Shown here in pieces: positions 9,899-21,004 of a stretch of DNA of 40,151 nt. Source of the DNA: Perkinsus olseni (Eukaryota); the NCBI GenBank assembly GCA_013115125.1, contig JABANN010000314.1, positions 1-40,151 of the forward strand, read 5' to 3'. The translations under genes were made by a program, and so were the position numbers. How positions within the stretch are numbered: position 1 is the stretch's first letter; every line of letters begins with the position of its first letter. Below the pieces are notes generated by a model that did not search any database, was not told the origin of the DNA, and worked only from the letters and a program-made list of their open reading frames with translations.

Positions 9899-11554
9899 CT
9901 AAAACGTTAGCATATTTGATAGGTCTGGCGTGACCACTGGGAGTTGTTGATGAAGCAAAGCTGTGCCTTGCGAACCCGGGCTGGAGCAGGTGGTGAGCAG
10001 GATATGGTCGGTCCTGAAAAAATAGTTACTCAATGTCGCCATTCTCTCCGTCCCTTATTCACTGTGCCGATCGGATGCATGATGCTAAGTCGAGCTATAC
10101 TAAGGTGACCGCCAGACGATCGACACAAAGCGCTCAACCCCCCGCTCTACCTATTAGCCCAGAGTAAACAGGCCGTCCGATAGGGTCGTCTCCCGCTGGT
10201 CCGCTTCCGTCCACCACCGCCCTCCGCTGTCGCTTTGCCCTCGCTCTCCGTAGAAGTCTCCGTGTTAGAAGCCTCCCCGCCAGCAGCATTGGTCGTCGTA
10301 GTAGCGGCGGCAGTCCGGGCAGCCATTTTACGGAGGGCTGCGTACGATGACGCGCCCTGATATTGATCACCGGGGTCCACTGTAGACATAGAAGAAGACA
10401 CTCTCGGGGCGAAGCTCGCCGTGACCTCCAGCGCCGTCGTGGAGGTATTGAAGAGCCACTGGGGATGATCAGCGTTGAGGAGCATCCTCAAAACAAGACA
10501 CCCAAAGTCTTGCTGAAATGACAACAAGAATCCTTACAACCATCCGGCCGTCGGCGTGGTGGTAGTACATGCGTGACGACGAGTAAGGTGTCCACGTCCC
10601 GGGAGGCCGCCATTTTGTAGATCCATTCCACGACTTTCCGAGCTCGTCCCAACATTTGCTGCAGAGTTTCCCGACCTTGCGCTGGATCGTACCATCCGTC
10701 CTGACCGAAAGACACGGGATCTCCTATAGGACAGAGCGAGTAAACATAATAATGCACCCGAGAATAGAACCCCAGACCATAAGGATGACAAGCTAACACT
10801 CTAACGACCAGGCTACACTTACTACCTCCATCGAGCCGGAACACTGCCACTCACTACCGAATTCTTCTTGAATCTCGCCAGCCGTCATCCCCGATAACCC
10901 AACAAACGCCGCACCAGCCAGGCCTTCCATGCTACACCCACGACCTTCCCCGTCCGAGGGGAGCTCAGGGTTCGGATTGGGGGCAAAACAGCCGCCAAAC
11001 TGACACCGATTCCGCTGCCATCAACAACACTATGATGAGCCCCTAACTACCTCGTAAAACTGAGGTTGTACAAATGCCCCCTTGAAATCAATACCATCCA
11101 CTCCTTCAGCCAAGGCGTTCAACAACGGTTGAGCCGTCTAACACAGACACTGAGTCTCACCGGGGACCGGAACACGACCAGTAGGGCTGACCACACCTCT
11201 AGGGCCCTTCTCATCGGACTGGAGGCCAGCATCACTCGGCTCGCCGCCCTCTCGCCTTCATGCAAAGCCCTGCTGACCTCGCCTGGCGCTGCATTGATCG
11301 GCGGAGCGGGTGTTAACACTATGTGACGGATCGTCCTCGCCAAGGCTTCTGCCTGCTGCTTGCCTAACAACCACCGCTTCATCATCTCCACCGGAAGCCG
11401 AGCTGCTACCAACATCGGAGATCCCCGGGTCGATCGAGCGGATTTGGTCGTAGTGTCTCTCGGCGGGCTGAGCCTTCCCTTGGTGGTTGGCCAGGACTTC
11501 TTGCCACAGCTGATTGTTGTAGCTCTGGGCGTGCCGTATGAATACAATACGCAT
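9899..11554 (-). CDS. Histidine phosphatase / phosphoglycerate mutase-family protein, multi-exon
   Basis: N-terminal MRIVFIRHAQSYNN (RH[G/A] motif), DPGISDVG, ASSPMRRALE, LLVVTH, FNTSTTALE and a C-terminal WANRTDHI across the last intron. Stop at 9899-9901. Confidence 0.85.
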
Positions 11555-12029
11555 GGCAGTGGTGGTAATTCTGGGGTTTTAGGGTTCTAACGTAGAGGGG
11601 GAGATCACAAACAAAAGGAGAAGTAGTAGCACGTCGAATCAGCACAGGGGAAAGATGATGAGAATGGAAAAATGAAACTGTTAAAGCAAGACTTGAGGAG
11701 GGCGTCCAAGAGGACGACGCGATACCGTCCGCACAACGCCACAATTCATCAAATGACCGAATAGCCGACATTCTCGCGCACGCCCGATATTCTCATCCCG
11801 ACGCATCTTGAGGTCGACCTTGCTCTCGACAGAGTCCGCTCGCTCGAGTTGTCGATCCGGCACGCGATTGGCTCGTGGGGGGCCGTATGTGAGACGGTAG
11901 GCTTATTGACTCTAAGGCCGGCAAAAGCATTTGAGTCGATAAGTGTTGACGTCTTGAACAACCCCCTCTGCAGCACCCTCTCTTCCCTAGGCCACTGCCA
12001 AATCGCTCCCACTCTCCTCAGATTTAACC

Positions 12030-13358
12030 ATGTCAATGATTCAACAGGCCAAGCGCATGGGTGTCAACACCGAGGTCTTCGGTGATGCCTCCCCCTTCGG
12101 CGACCCTAACTGGTACCAGTCCTACAACTCTCCCTACTACAACGACTCCCACAAACGCCTGAGAGCCTCCATGCGCCAGCTGGTCGAGGAGAAGCTCATG
12201 CCGCATGTCCACGAGTGGGACGAGAACCTCGAGATCCCTCGCGAGGTTCATCGCATGCTCGGCCAGACCGGCATCTACGTCCTGGCTATGGGCCACCCGT
12301 ACCCGACCCAGTACCAGTCCCCTCCCGACATCCTCAAGGGCGTGCAACTCGACACCTTCCACGAGCTAGTTCTATGCGACGAGCTGGCCCGAGCTGGCAG
12401 TGGTGGTCTCGCCTGGGGGCTGGTAGGTGGGTTGACCATTGGTCTGCCTCCTGTTCTGAGGTTCGGCCCGAGGGCTATGAGGGACCGTGTCGTGCCGGAG
12501 TGTCTGTCTGGAGAGAAGATCATCTGCCTGGCTATCACTGAGCCGACCGCTGGTTCTGATGTCGCCAGTATCCGATGCAGCGCGAAGAAGTCATCTTGCG
12601 GGAAGTATTACATCGTCAACGGCGAGAAGAAGTGGATCACCAATGGTATCTGGGCTGACTACTTTACTGTAGCTGTTCGTACTGGAGGCCCCGGTATGGA
12701 TGGTATCAGTCTACTACTCATCGAGAAGACCATGCCTGGAGTGACTACTAGGAGGATGAAGTGCTCCGGCGTCTGGTCTTCGGGTACCACCTTCATCTCC
12801 TTTGACGATGTAAAGGTGCCAGTCGAGAACCTCATTGGCAAGGAGAACAAGGGCTTCAAATGCATCATGCACAACTTCAACCATGAGCGCTTGGCCCTCT
12901 GTACCCTTACCAATAGGTTCGCCCGAGTGTGCTACGAGGAGGCCCTCAAACATGCCAACAAACGCAAGACTTTCGGCAAGACTCTGGTCCAGCACCCGGT
13001 GATCCGGTTCAAGCTCGGCGAGATGGCCCGCCAGATTGAAGCGACTCACTCGTGGATGGAGCAGGTCGCGTATCAAGTTGGAACTATGCATCCTCTGGAA
13101 GCCAACATGAAGCTCGGTGGTGTTACCGCCCTATTGAAGGTTCAATGCACTAAGGTATTCGAGTACTGTGCTCGAGAGTCGGCTCAGATCTTCGGTGGAT
13201 TGTCGTACTCTAGAGGAGGTGTTGGTGAGAAGGTCGAGAGGCTCAATCGTGAGGTCAGGGCGATGGCGGTACCTGGTGGGAGCGAGGAGATCATGCTGGA
13301 TCTCGGCGTCAAGCAGATGTCAAAGCTGGCGGAGATGGCCAAGACACTCGTCGAACAG
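12030..13358 (+). CDS. Acyl-CoA dehydrogenase unit 1 (single exon; probably spliced in frame to unit 2)
   Basis: CLAITEPTAGSDV, NGEKKWITNG, NFNHER (LCAD/IVD-position Glu), RKTFGKTL, QIFGGLSY, GGSEEIML. A GT donor follows the CAG codon 13356-13358. Confidence 0.95.
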
Positions 13359-13577
13359 GTAGGAGGAATCTTTCGACTCGAACTTAGGCTCGCCGTGAGT
13401 CCGAGAGTAACCGCCCTTGGAGTTAAAAGATCCGTATAGATTTGGATCGGTATGTAGCTTATTGAGTAGCGTGCTCGTTGAGGCGTCCCGCATTTCCCTG
13501 TGCTCGGCTGCCGCTAGCAAGCGGTCAGGCCGAGACCCGTCAAATAAGGTGCTTCTTGACACTCTCTGTTCCCTCAG

Positions 13578-15017
13578 GCGGAGCAAGAGAATGCTAGCAA
13601 CAAGAAGCAGATGGCCATGGCCCGCGCCATGGGCGTCAACACTGACGTTTTCGGTGATGCAAATGCCTTTGGAGATCCTTACTGGTATCAAGCAAGTAAC
13701 AGCCCCTTCTACAACGAGAGCCACCGGAAGCTGCGGGAGTACGTCCGAGGCCTCTTCGAAAAGGAGATCATGCCGCATGTTTTCGAGTGGGATGAAAATC
13801 TGGAAATTCCTCGCGAAGTGAGCCGTTTCGTGTCCACGGTCGGGTCTTGGTGCATCCGGCCCTCTCAGGTACATCGCAAGATGGGTTCCCTCGGTCTGAC
13901 GTCATTGGCGATGGGCCACCCCTATCCTGTCGAGTACGGTAACATTCCCGACTTCCTCAAGGGTGTGAAGATAGATGTCTTCCATGAGCTCATTGTGTCT
14001 GACGAACTGTGTCGCTGCGGAAGCGGCGGGGTAGCCTGGGGGCTGGTAGGTGGGTTGACAATTGGTCTGCCTCCTGTTCTGAGGTTCGGCCCGAGGGCTA
14101 TGAGGGACCGTGTCGTGCCGGAGTGTCTGTCTGGAGAGAAGATTATCTGCTTGGCTATCACTGAGCCGACCGCGGGTTCTGATGTCGCCAATATCCGATG
14201 CAGCGCGAAGAAGTCATCTTGCGGGAAGTATTACATCGTCAACGGCGAGAAGAAGTGGATCACCAATGGTATCTGGGCTGACTACTTTACTGTAGCTGTT
14301 CGTACTGGAGGCCCCGGTATGGATGGTATCAGTCTACTACTCATCGAGAAGACCATGCCTGGAGTGACTACTAGGAGGATGAAGTGCTCCGGCGTCTGGT
14401 CTTCGGGTACCACCTTCATCTCCTTTGACGATGTAAAGGTGCCAGTCGAGAACCTCATTGGCAAGGAGAACAAGGGCTTCAAATGCATCATGCACAACTT
14501 CAACCATGAGCGCTTCGCTCTATGCGCTCAGACGAATAGGTTCGCCCGAGTGTGCTACGAGGAGGCCCTCAAACACGCCCATCGCCGCAAGACCTTTGGT
14601 AAGCCTCTCATTCAGCATCAAGTGATTCGATGGAAGCTCGCCGAGATGTCGAGACTAGTCGAGGCGACTCATGCTTGGCTAGAGAACGTTGCCTATCAGC
14701 TCTCCACTATGCATCCTCTGGAAGCCAACATGAAGCTCGGTGGTGTTACTGCCCTATTGAAGGTTCAATGCACTAAGGTATTCGAGTACTGTGCTCGAGA
14801 GTCGGCCCAGATCTTTGGTGGATTGTCGTACTCTAGAGGAGGTGTTGGTGAGAAGGTCGAGAGGCTCAATCGTGAGGTCAGGGCGATGGCCGTACCTGGT
14901 GGAAGCGAGGAGATCATGCTGGATCTTGGCGTCAGACAGATGAGGAAGTTGGCGGAGATGGCCAAGACGCTCGTGTCTGAAGCCCACCAAGGGAATGAGG
15001 CCTCCAGTCGTCTTTGA
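13578..15017 (+). CDS. Acyl-CoA dehydrogenase unit 2 with C-terminal PTS1-like -SRL; one 51-nt intron at 13818-13868
   Basis: Same ACAD motifs as unit 1. Acceptor ...TTCCCTCAG at 13577 is in frame with ATG 13611. The in-frame GTGAG...CTCTCAG insert is absent from unit 1. Ends ...NEASSRL*. Confidence 0.95.
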   Translation, partial: AEQENASNKKQMAMARAMGVNTDVFGDANAFGDPYWYQASNSPFYNESHRKLREYVRGLFEKEIMPHVFEWDENLEIPREVSRFVSTVGSWCIRPSQVHRKMGSLGLTSLAMGHPYPVEYGNIPDFLKGVKIDVFHELIVSDELCRCGSGGVAWGLVGGLTIGLPPVLRFGPRAMRDRVVPECLSGEKIICLAITEPTAGSDVANIRCSAKKSSCGKYYIVNGEKKWITNGIWADYFTVAVRTGGPGMDGISLLLIEKTMPGVTTRRMKCSGVWSSGTTFISFDDVKVPVENLIGKENKGFKCIMHNFNHERFALCAQTNRFARVCYEEALKHAHRRKTFGKPLIQHQVIRWKLAEMSRLVEATHAWLENVAYQLSTMHPLEANMKLGGVTALLKVQCTKVFEYCARESAQIFGGLSYSRGGVGEKVERLNREVRAMAVPGGSEEIMLDLGVRQMRKLAEMAKTLVSEAHQGNEASSRL

Positions 15018-15226
15018 GAAGACTGCTTACGGAAGGTCCCAAGATTTGTTTTCAATTTTTTATATCGCTGAACAGTTGCTTTCTTTTTATGATTTGTTAT
15101 CGCCTCAACGGCGTCGAAACCCTGAGTGCAAGTCCACGGCGTGGCGAATTTTTGATGGTCGAGTCGTCTTGTCGTGTTCGTGAATTCGATCTAGTTTTCG
15201 TATGTTCAGATGTCTGGTCATACAGT

Positions 15227-18200
15227 ATGCATCTCACGCCTTACCGTCATTACTACTCCGACGCGTCACCCCAGCGAGACGGCGGCGTCGCCACGAGCAA
15301 TTCGGCGATAGACGCTTTGTTGGACAAGGCAATACGGAAGCCGTCGGGCGATGGGGAAGGCTACGAGCAAGAGGAGCTGCAGAGGGCCAAGGCTGAGGTG
15401 GGACAGGCGACGCTAAGGAGTTTAAGCAGCAGCTCAGGGCCTCTTGGTTCGACTGCTCGGTGAAGGGAACAATCAGAACATGAAAAAATATTGCAGGAAT
15501 GTGGTAGTAACGAGGACCGGCGATTCCCGCGTGGGGAGCATGCGCTTCTCAGCTGAGAGTTCGTTTCCCGAAGTTGGACGAACCGCCCACGTTCGCCGAC
15601 GGTAGAGCCATCCGGGTTATAAGCCAGGCGTGTGGGGAGTCTTCCACCTCTTCGGCTGCGTGCAATACGCCGAAGACCGTCCTTCGTACGCCGGGCCGAC
15701 CGCCCATCAGGAGCGTAGCTTCAGAGACACGGAAATCCAGGATGAAACTGTTGAAGTAGAAATACCATTTCTGTCGTATTCGAGGTGTGAGCCTTCAGGA
15801 CTTCTCTTCGAGAGTGGTCCGAAGGCGCTGCATCGGCCTCTAAGCGTCGCGATGGCACGCAGCGGCTTGCTGATGCCATGGCTGCCATGCGACTGATATC
15901 CAAGTTGAAGGCTACTGCTTTGCGGCGTCTGCGAAAACATTGTTACAGGAAAGCGCAAATTGAACGGCTACAGCTCCGCTTCGCTCGGAAGGGAGATCTC
16001 GGACCCTCGGCAATCTTGCTCTGGCAGTATCCGGGATGCGTCATTGCCGCCTTTGCCAAGTGGAAGCGTTGGACGCACTGGTCCATTAGAGATTTCCCGC
16101 GGGGAGGGAATATCCTTTATTCGGCGGTGCGGAGGTTGACGATGCGTGGTGCACTGACTAGGCTTCGACTGGTCGCTCGTGTGGCGCATCGAGCTGAGCA
16201 GAGGAGGAGGCGATTTCTGGAGAGCTGCTTCGTGGCGGTGCGGCGGTACTGGAATCTCGCCATCGCTTCGGCCAAGGTTGCACGACACAATCGCGTGAGG
16301 CGGAGGTTCAAGCTCTGGTTGACCCTGGCGCATCTCACGCGGGAGGCTCGACAGGCTCACGCAATCTCCCCGGAGATGGCATCGCTCAAACGAAGAGTGG
16401 CCGTGCAGAAGATGTCACTGGCGATAAGTCCCTTGCTTCGCGCCCGGCTATCATTCGCTTTGGGTCGATGGCGCCAGAAGGTCTGCCGGTCGAAAAGCAT
16501 ACAAGGTTGGGAGAGAGAGCGCATGGGATACGAGGACCTCAGCAGCAGAGGTCAAGGCCGGCTCGAGGCCTTGAGCGCATCACTGGAGTACGAGAAGGGC
16601 CGTTGTGGCCACATAGAAGCATACCTTAAGCACGTCATCGACGAGACCCACAGGAAGCTTCAGCAAGCGCAGGTCGAGCATGACCAATTGGCCGCCCAGC
16701 ACCAGCAGTCTGTCGAGGCCCTGTCCAATAGATGCGCAGAAGGCGAGTTGGCGATGCAGAGAGCGCGGAGTCGAGGGAGGCAAGCTGCGGTGTATGTACT
16801 CCGTAGGGGCCTCTCGTGGCCCCTTGGAGACGACATACTGCTTCGGAAAGTGATCGACAGTTGGCGTTGCACAAGCAGGGCCGGCCGCGCGGCGGTGTGT
16901 CGGCTGAGACGGTTCGCTGGAGAGCAGTGGCAACGGTACAGGTGGTCGTTGGTGAGGGGCTTGAAGGCAGTCATGAGGCTCATCCAAGAGAGGAGGAGAG
17001 CCCGCATGGAGGGAGTTGTGAGAGGGACTAGTATGCTGTGGCAGAGAGTTCTCCGTCCGAGGCAAGCCCACGCTCTGTACTGCCTTTGGGCTTCCGGACC
17101 CTCTCACGCCTCTCTTGTCATACGACATACTGAGCGAGCAGAGGGAGCTATTCTGAGCTTCATTCGACGCAAGCAGCAGAGGACGGCCCTGGCGGACTGG
17201 CGGGCCAAGGCGGTTCGCGTCACCAGAAGGCAGTTCGCCTCGGCTGCTCTGTGCCGGGCCCTCACTCGACTTGTCCGTTGCCATATGCTCTCCTCTATCG
17301 CGGAGTTGAAAGCGAGGCTTGACGAGAATTGCCGGCGTCATCAGGAGCTCTGCCGAGTTCTCGATGCTCTTATGTCTACTATGAATCGTATCTTTCTACG
17401 ACGTGCGTTGTCCTTCTGGAGGGCCCGAGCTCACCACCTTGCCCGCGGCGCCGCCTCTCTGAGGACCGCTAGGAGGCAGTGGGCGACTCGCTCGCTGGTG
17501 GCGGTGACTGGCAGGAGCCAACCACGGCAGATCTACTTCAACAGCTTCGTCGAGGCGTGTAGGCTATCTCGTAGAGATCGTGGAGACCGTGCAGCTCGAG
17601 CGCTCGAAACCTGGCAGCAGGCCGCGTACGGTACAGTCCTCCGTGCGTGGTCAGCCTTGTGCCGCCGACTACGAGCAGTGCATCACCTCCGAAGGGTTCT
17701 AACTCGCTCGAAGGTCGAGCGCCTCCAGTGGGGTCTGACGGCCTTTGCTAAGTTGAGGTGGACGTCCGAGCTGAGAAGTCGGAATCTGGTCTGCCTTGCC
17801 GGCCGCCTGCAGCTCCTCATTGATCGGCACCTGCGATCGTATTTGACGCTGTGGCGGTCTAAAATCTCCAGTCAGAAATACGACGACCTCGCCCGGAGAT
17901 CGCTAGCTGCTGCTAGAGTGACCCGAATGAAGCGAAGTGCTCTCGTGAAATTACGAGGGTCTGCGCGCTTCTCCCGAGCCCTATCCCGGCTGGCCTTGGC
18001 CGTACGAAGAGCCCTACTACGGACGGGTGTCTACTGGCTCCGAAAGCAGCTGCTGAAATGCCGAATCGCGAGGTTCCTGACCAGTACTGTCCAGCAGGTG
18101 GCGTTGAAGCACAGGCTGCAGCGCACTGCTGTTGACGTTGTCACTCAACTGAGTGAGGAATCTCGTTGCCAGCGTCTCAAGGCCTGCTTCCTGGCCTGGC

Positions 18201-19713
18201 GGCGCCGCATTGAGCTTCTGCGGTCGAAGCTGACTCTAGCGTTCAAACACGTATCTTGTAATCACCATTGCTCTACACGGAATGCTTGGAGAAGATGGAT
18301 CGAGGACGTCGGCACCCAGCTGAGGAGCCAGTCAGTGTGGGCGGCTGTGAGGCAGAAGCGAGAGTACTCCCTCTCGATGGGCTTGGTAGTGCTGGCTAAA
18401 GTGCTGCAACGGGTCAAGTAAGCTCTGCCCTCCTCTTTCTGCTGTCACATGCCTGGCCGCTCAGAGCGAAGCTGCTCGCCCTCGGCTTCGCATCACTGGC
18501 CGTCCACACTGCTCGACTCAACGGTGTTGATGGTGCGAAGTCTTTCTGGACGGGACAGCTGGAGCGATCGCAGGAGGTAGTAGTGTGCTCGGGGTTGCCT
18601 GAAGCCGCGAAAGGATCTTCTTTAGAACACACGCACGGCCGAAGAGAGAGCTCGGGAATATGCCTTGAAGCTGAAGCGGGCGCACGAGGACGTTCGGGAG
18701 GCTGAGGCGAACTCAGAAGCGCAGCTTAGATCCATCAAGGATTGGCAGCAGCGTGTAGAGCAGCAAGAAGCGAGGCATTCAGAAGAGGTTGTGGGACTGA
18801 GGCAATCCCTGGCGGCGCTACAGCACACGCTGAAAAATGAGAGAGATACCAACGTCCAGCTCCGTCTTGAGGCAGGGCAATCCGAGGCAAAAATAGAAGT
18901 GGGAAAATATCTTTTTCGAGCGGCAGTCAGGGAGGTAGTACCGTCAGGCACTCTCGCGAGACGTCGATCGGGAGAGTCGAGACAGGCTGGTCCTTGCCGG
19001 GGAGGTGGGGAGGCTGCGGTCCAGCGAGGTGGATGTGTTGTCGGCTAAGCGCGAGATAGAGTCTATCGAGGCTGCCAAGAAGGAGACAGAAGACCGCGCC
19101 CGGCAGTATGAACAGGAGATCGGAAAGTGGAAGCTGATGGTATCCTTTTTGCCGTTCGAAAATGTACTCTTCTTGCAGATTGCGGCAGAGTGTGTCGGAG
19201 TGGAAGCAGCGAGCTGAGGCCCAAGAAAAGAAGGAGGGCGACCATCTCAGGAAGCTGCAGGAGCGCCACAGCTTCTACAAGCAAAAATGCAACCTCCAGG
19301 AGCACCAAGTTCGTCCGTTTTTCCACTCAACGCTATCCATCTCTCCGTGTCAGATCGCGGGCCTTCGAAGTCAGCTCGAGAGTGTCGAGACGGACCTCCG
19401 CGAGAGTCATCGGGCACTGCTGGAGTGGCAGCAGAATTCAGTCGACATGCTCAACATCAACAGCGGAGGGCTCAACACCGCGTCCTCCCTTCCCAACTTC
19501 TCCAACAGCCCTGCTGGTGGCCTCTCGACGACCAGTGCTCTCGCAGGCCTCGCTGAGGCAATCGAGCGAGTAATAGAGCTGCCCAGCTTTATGTGCCTCG
19601 TATCACGCTCTTGTCAGATTTCTCACGGCAATGGCAGCGACATCCGGGAGTCTCCAAAAGTAGCGAAGCGTGCAGCGAAGAGCCGGCCCAACAGATTACC
19701 TCCTAGGCGGTGA
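15227..19713 (+). CDS. Large Arg/Trp-rich protein with Sfi1-like repeats and a C-terminal coiled coil, multi-exon
   Basis: The 847-aa ORF 15878..18421 has recurrent [F/L]xxW[R/K] units (FAKWKR, LGRWRQ, IDSWRC, LADWRA, LSFWRA, LTLWRS, FLAWRR). E/K/Q-rich heptad exons lie at 18630-19440. Ends PNRLPPRR* at 19713. Start at 15227 is inferred. Confidence 0.6.
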
Positions 19714-19929
19714 TTATTACTGTACAAAGCATGTACCAGTTTCCATGTTTATCTTCAAATATTTGTGTTTTGTTAAAAAAGCTATTAATTGAAATACCAT
19801 CTGTTAAATATTATACAGCGAGTGTGTTTGTGTTTGTCAATATCCTTTATTGTTTATTGACCCAACGCGGAAGCATGTACATCAGAAGATGAAAAATCAT
19901 CAGATATGAATAGTTGATGATATTTCAGC

Positions 19930-20707
19930 TCATAGATCATCTTCGTCCTCTTCTACTTCGGGCTCAACCTACACGAAATCCACAGTACAAACTTTTTCGT
20001 GAAATGCCTGAAGCATTTACCGCAGTCTTCCCTTCACCATCTTCTTCGTCATCATCAGCGGCAAACAACGGATCATTGTCATCCTCATCGTCCTCCTCCT
20101 CAACATCTTCAGGGTTGATAGAAATCAACTCTACATCAAAAACAAGGGTGGCATTGCCCGGGATCTTCTCACCGGACCCGTTCTCGCCATATCTTCGCAA
20201 AACACAGTCCGCTGACGCACACAATGCTTCCAGACTCACCCGAGGTCTGAAGGAATCGTCAAGCGTCTGATCTCTCCGGGGCACATGCCGAGGATGCCGA
20301 GCTCCCAGCCCTTAATAACCTGAGGTTGGGCGAGTGACTGATGCTTGCAATAAAGAGCACCTCACCATGCCCTGGCCGAGGGAGAGCTTGAAAGGCTCCT
20401 TTCGGTCACGGCTGCTGTCGAACTTGTCAGCGGTGGCTCTGAGCCACCCAGTGTAGTGGACGAGCACTGCATCACCGTCCTTAGCCGGCTCGTCACAAGG
20501 CGTCTTCGCTCGGCGTCTGACAGCAATCCTCTCACACGCACAGCGAAACAGACGATCTTACTTGACGCCGACACGAAGGCTGCCATTAGGAGGGAGATCA
20601 GGGCGGGGCTTCGGGGCAACATCGCCGCCCTTTTCGGCTCCCTTGTCCTCACCGAAGGCCATCAGAAGAGTAAAAGCGAAGGCAATGACGCCGCGGAAGA
20701 TGAGCAT
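19930..20707 (-). CDS. FKBP-type peptidyl-prolyl isomerase, ER-lumenal (FKBP2/FKBP13-like)
   Basis: Signal peptide [25 protein letters not shown]...[14 protein letters not shown]...[67 protein letters not shown]. Acidic tail spliced to [12 protein letters not shown] (KDEL-like). Confidence 0.92.
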
Positions 20708-21004
20708 GATGCAATGAGTGTTGAAAAAACTACTGACACTCTCGTAGAGGGTCCTCTCGCATTAACACATTCATAAAGATAATACTCAAATTTGATGAGC
20801 GCCTAGCCTCACCGGCTCGAGAATGATTCACGAGTAACTGAACCCGTAAAAGTGAACGGATACTTGTGCATGCGTGCAGATTCCGCATTTGCACGCACGC
20901 GCACGAAATGACTCGAAACTCAAAACGAAGAATCTTTTGAAACGCATTCCTAGCTTCACCGACTGAACGCCTCTTGCCGGTGCGACACACATCACTGACG
21001 GTAT

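Noticed and set aside
13359-13439. C-terminal tail VGGIFRLELRLAVSPRVTALGVKRSV of ORF 12030..13439
   Set aside because: It starts exactly at a GT donor where homology with unit 2 stops; most likely intron read-through.
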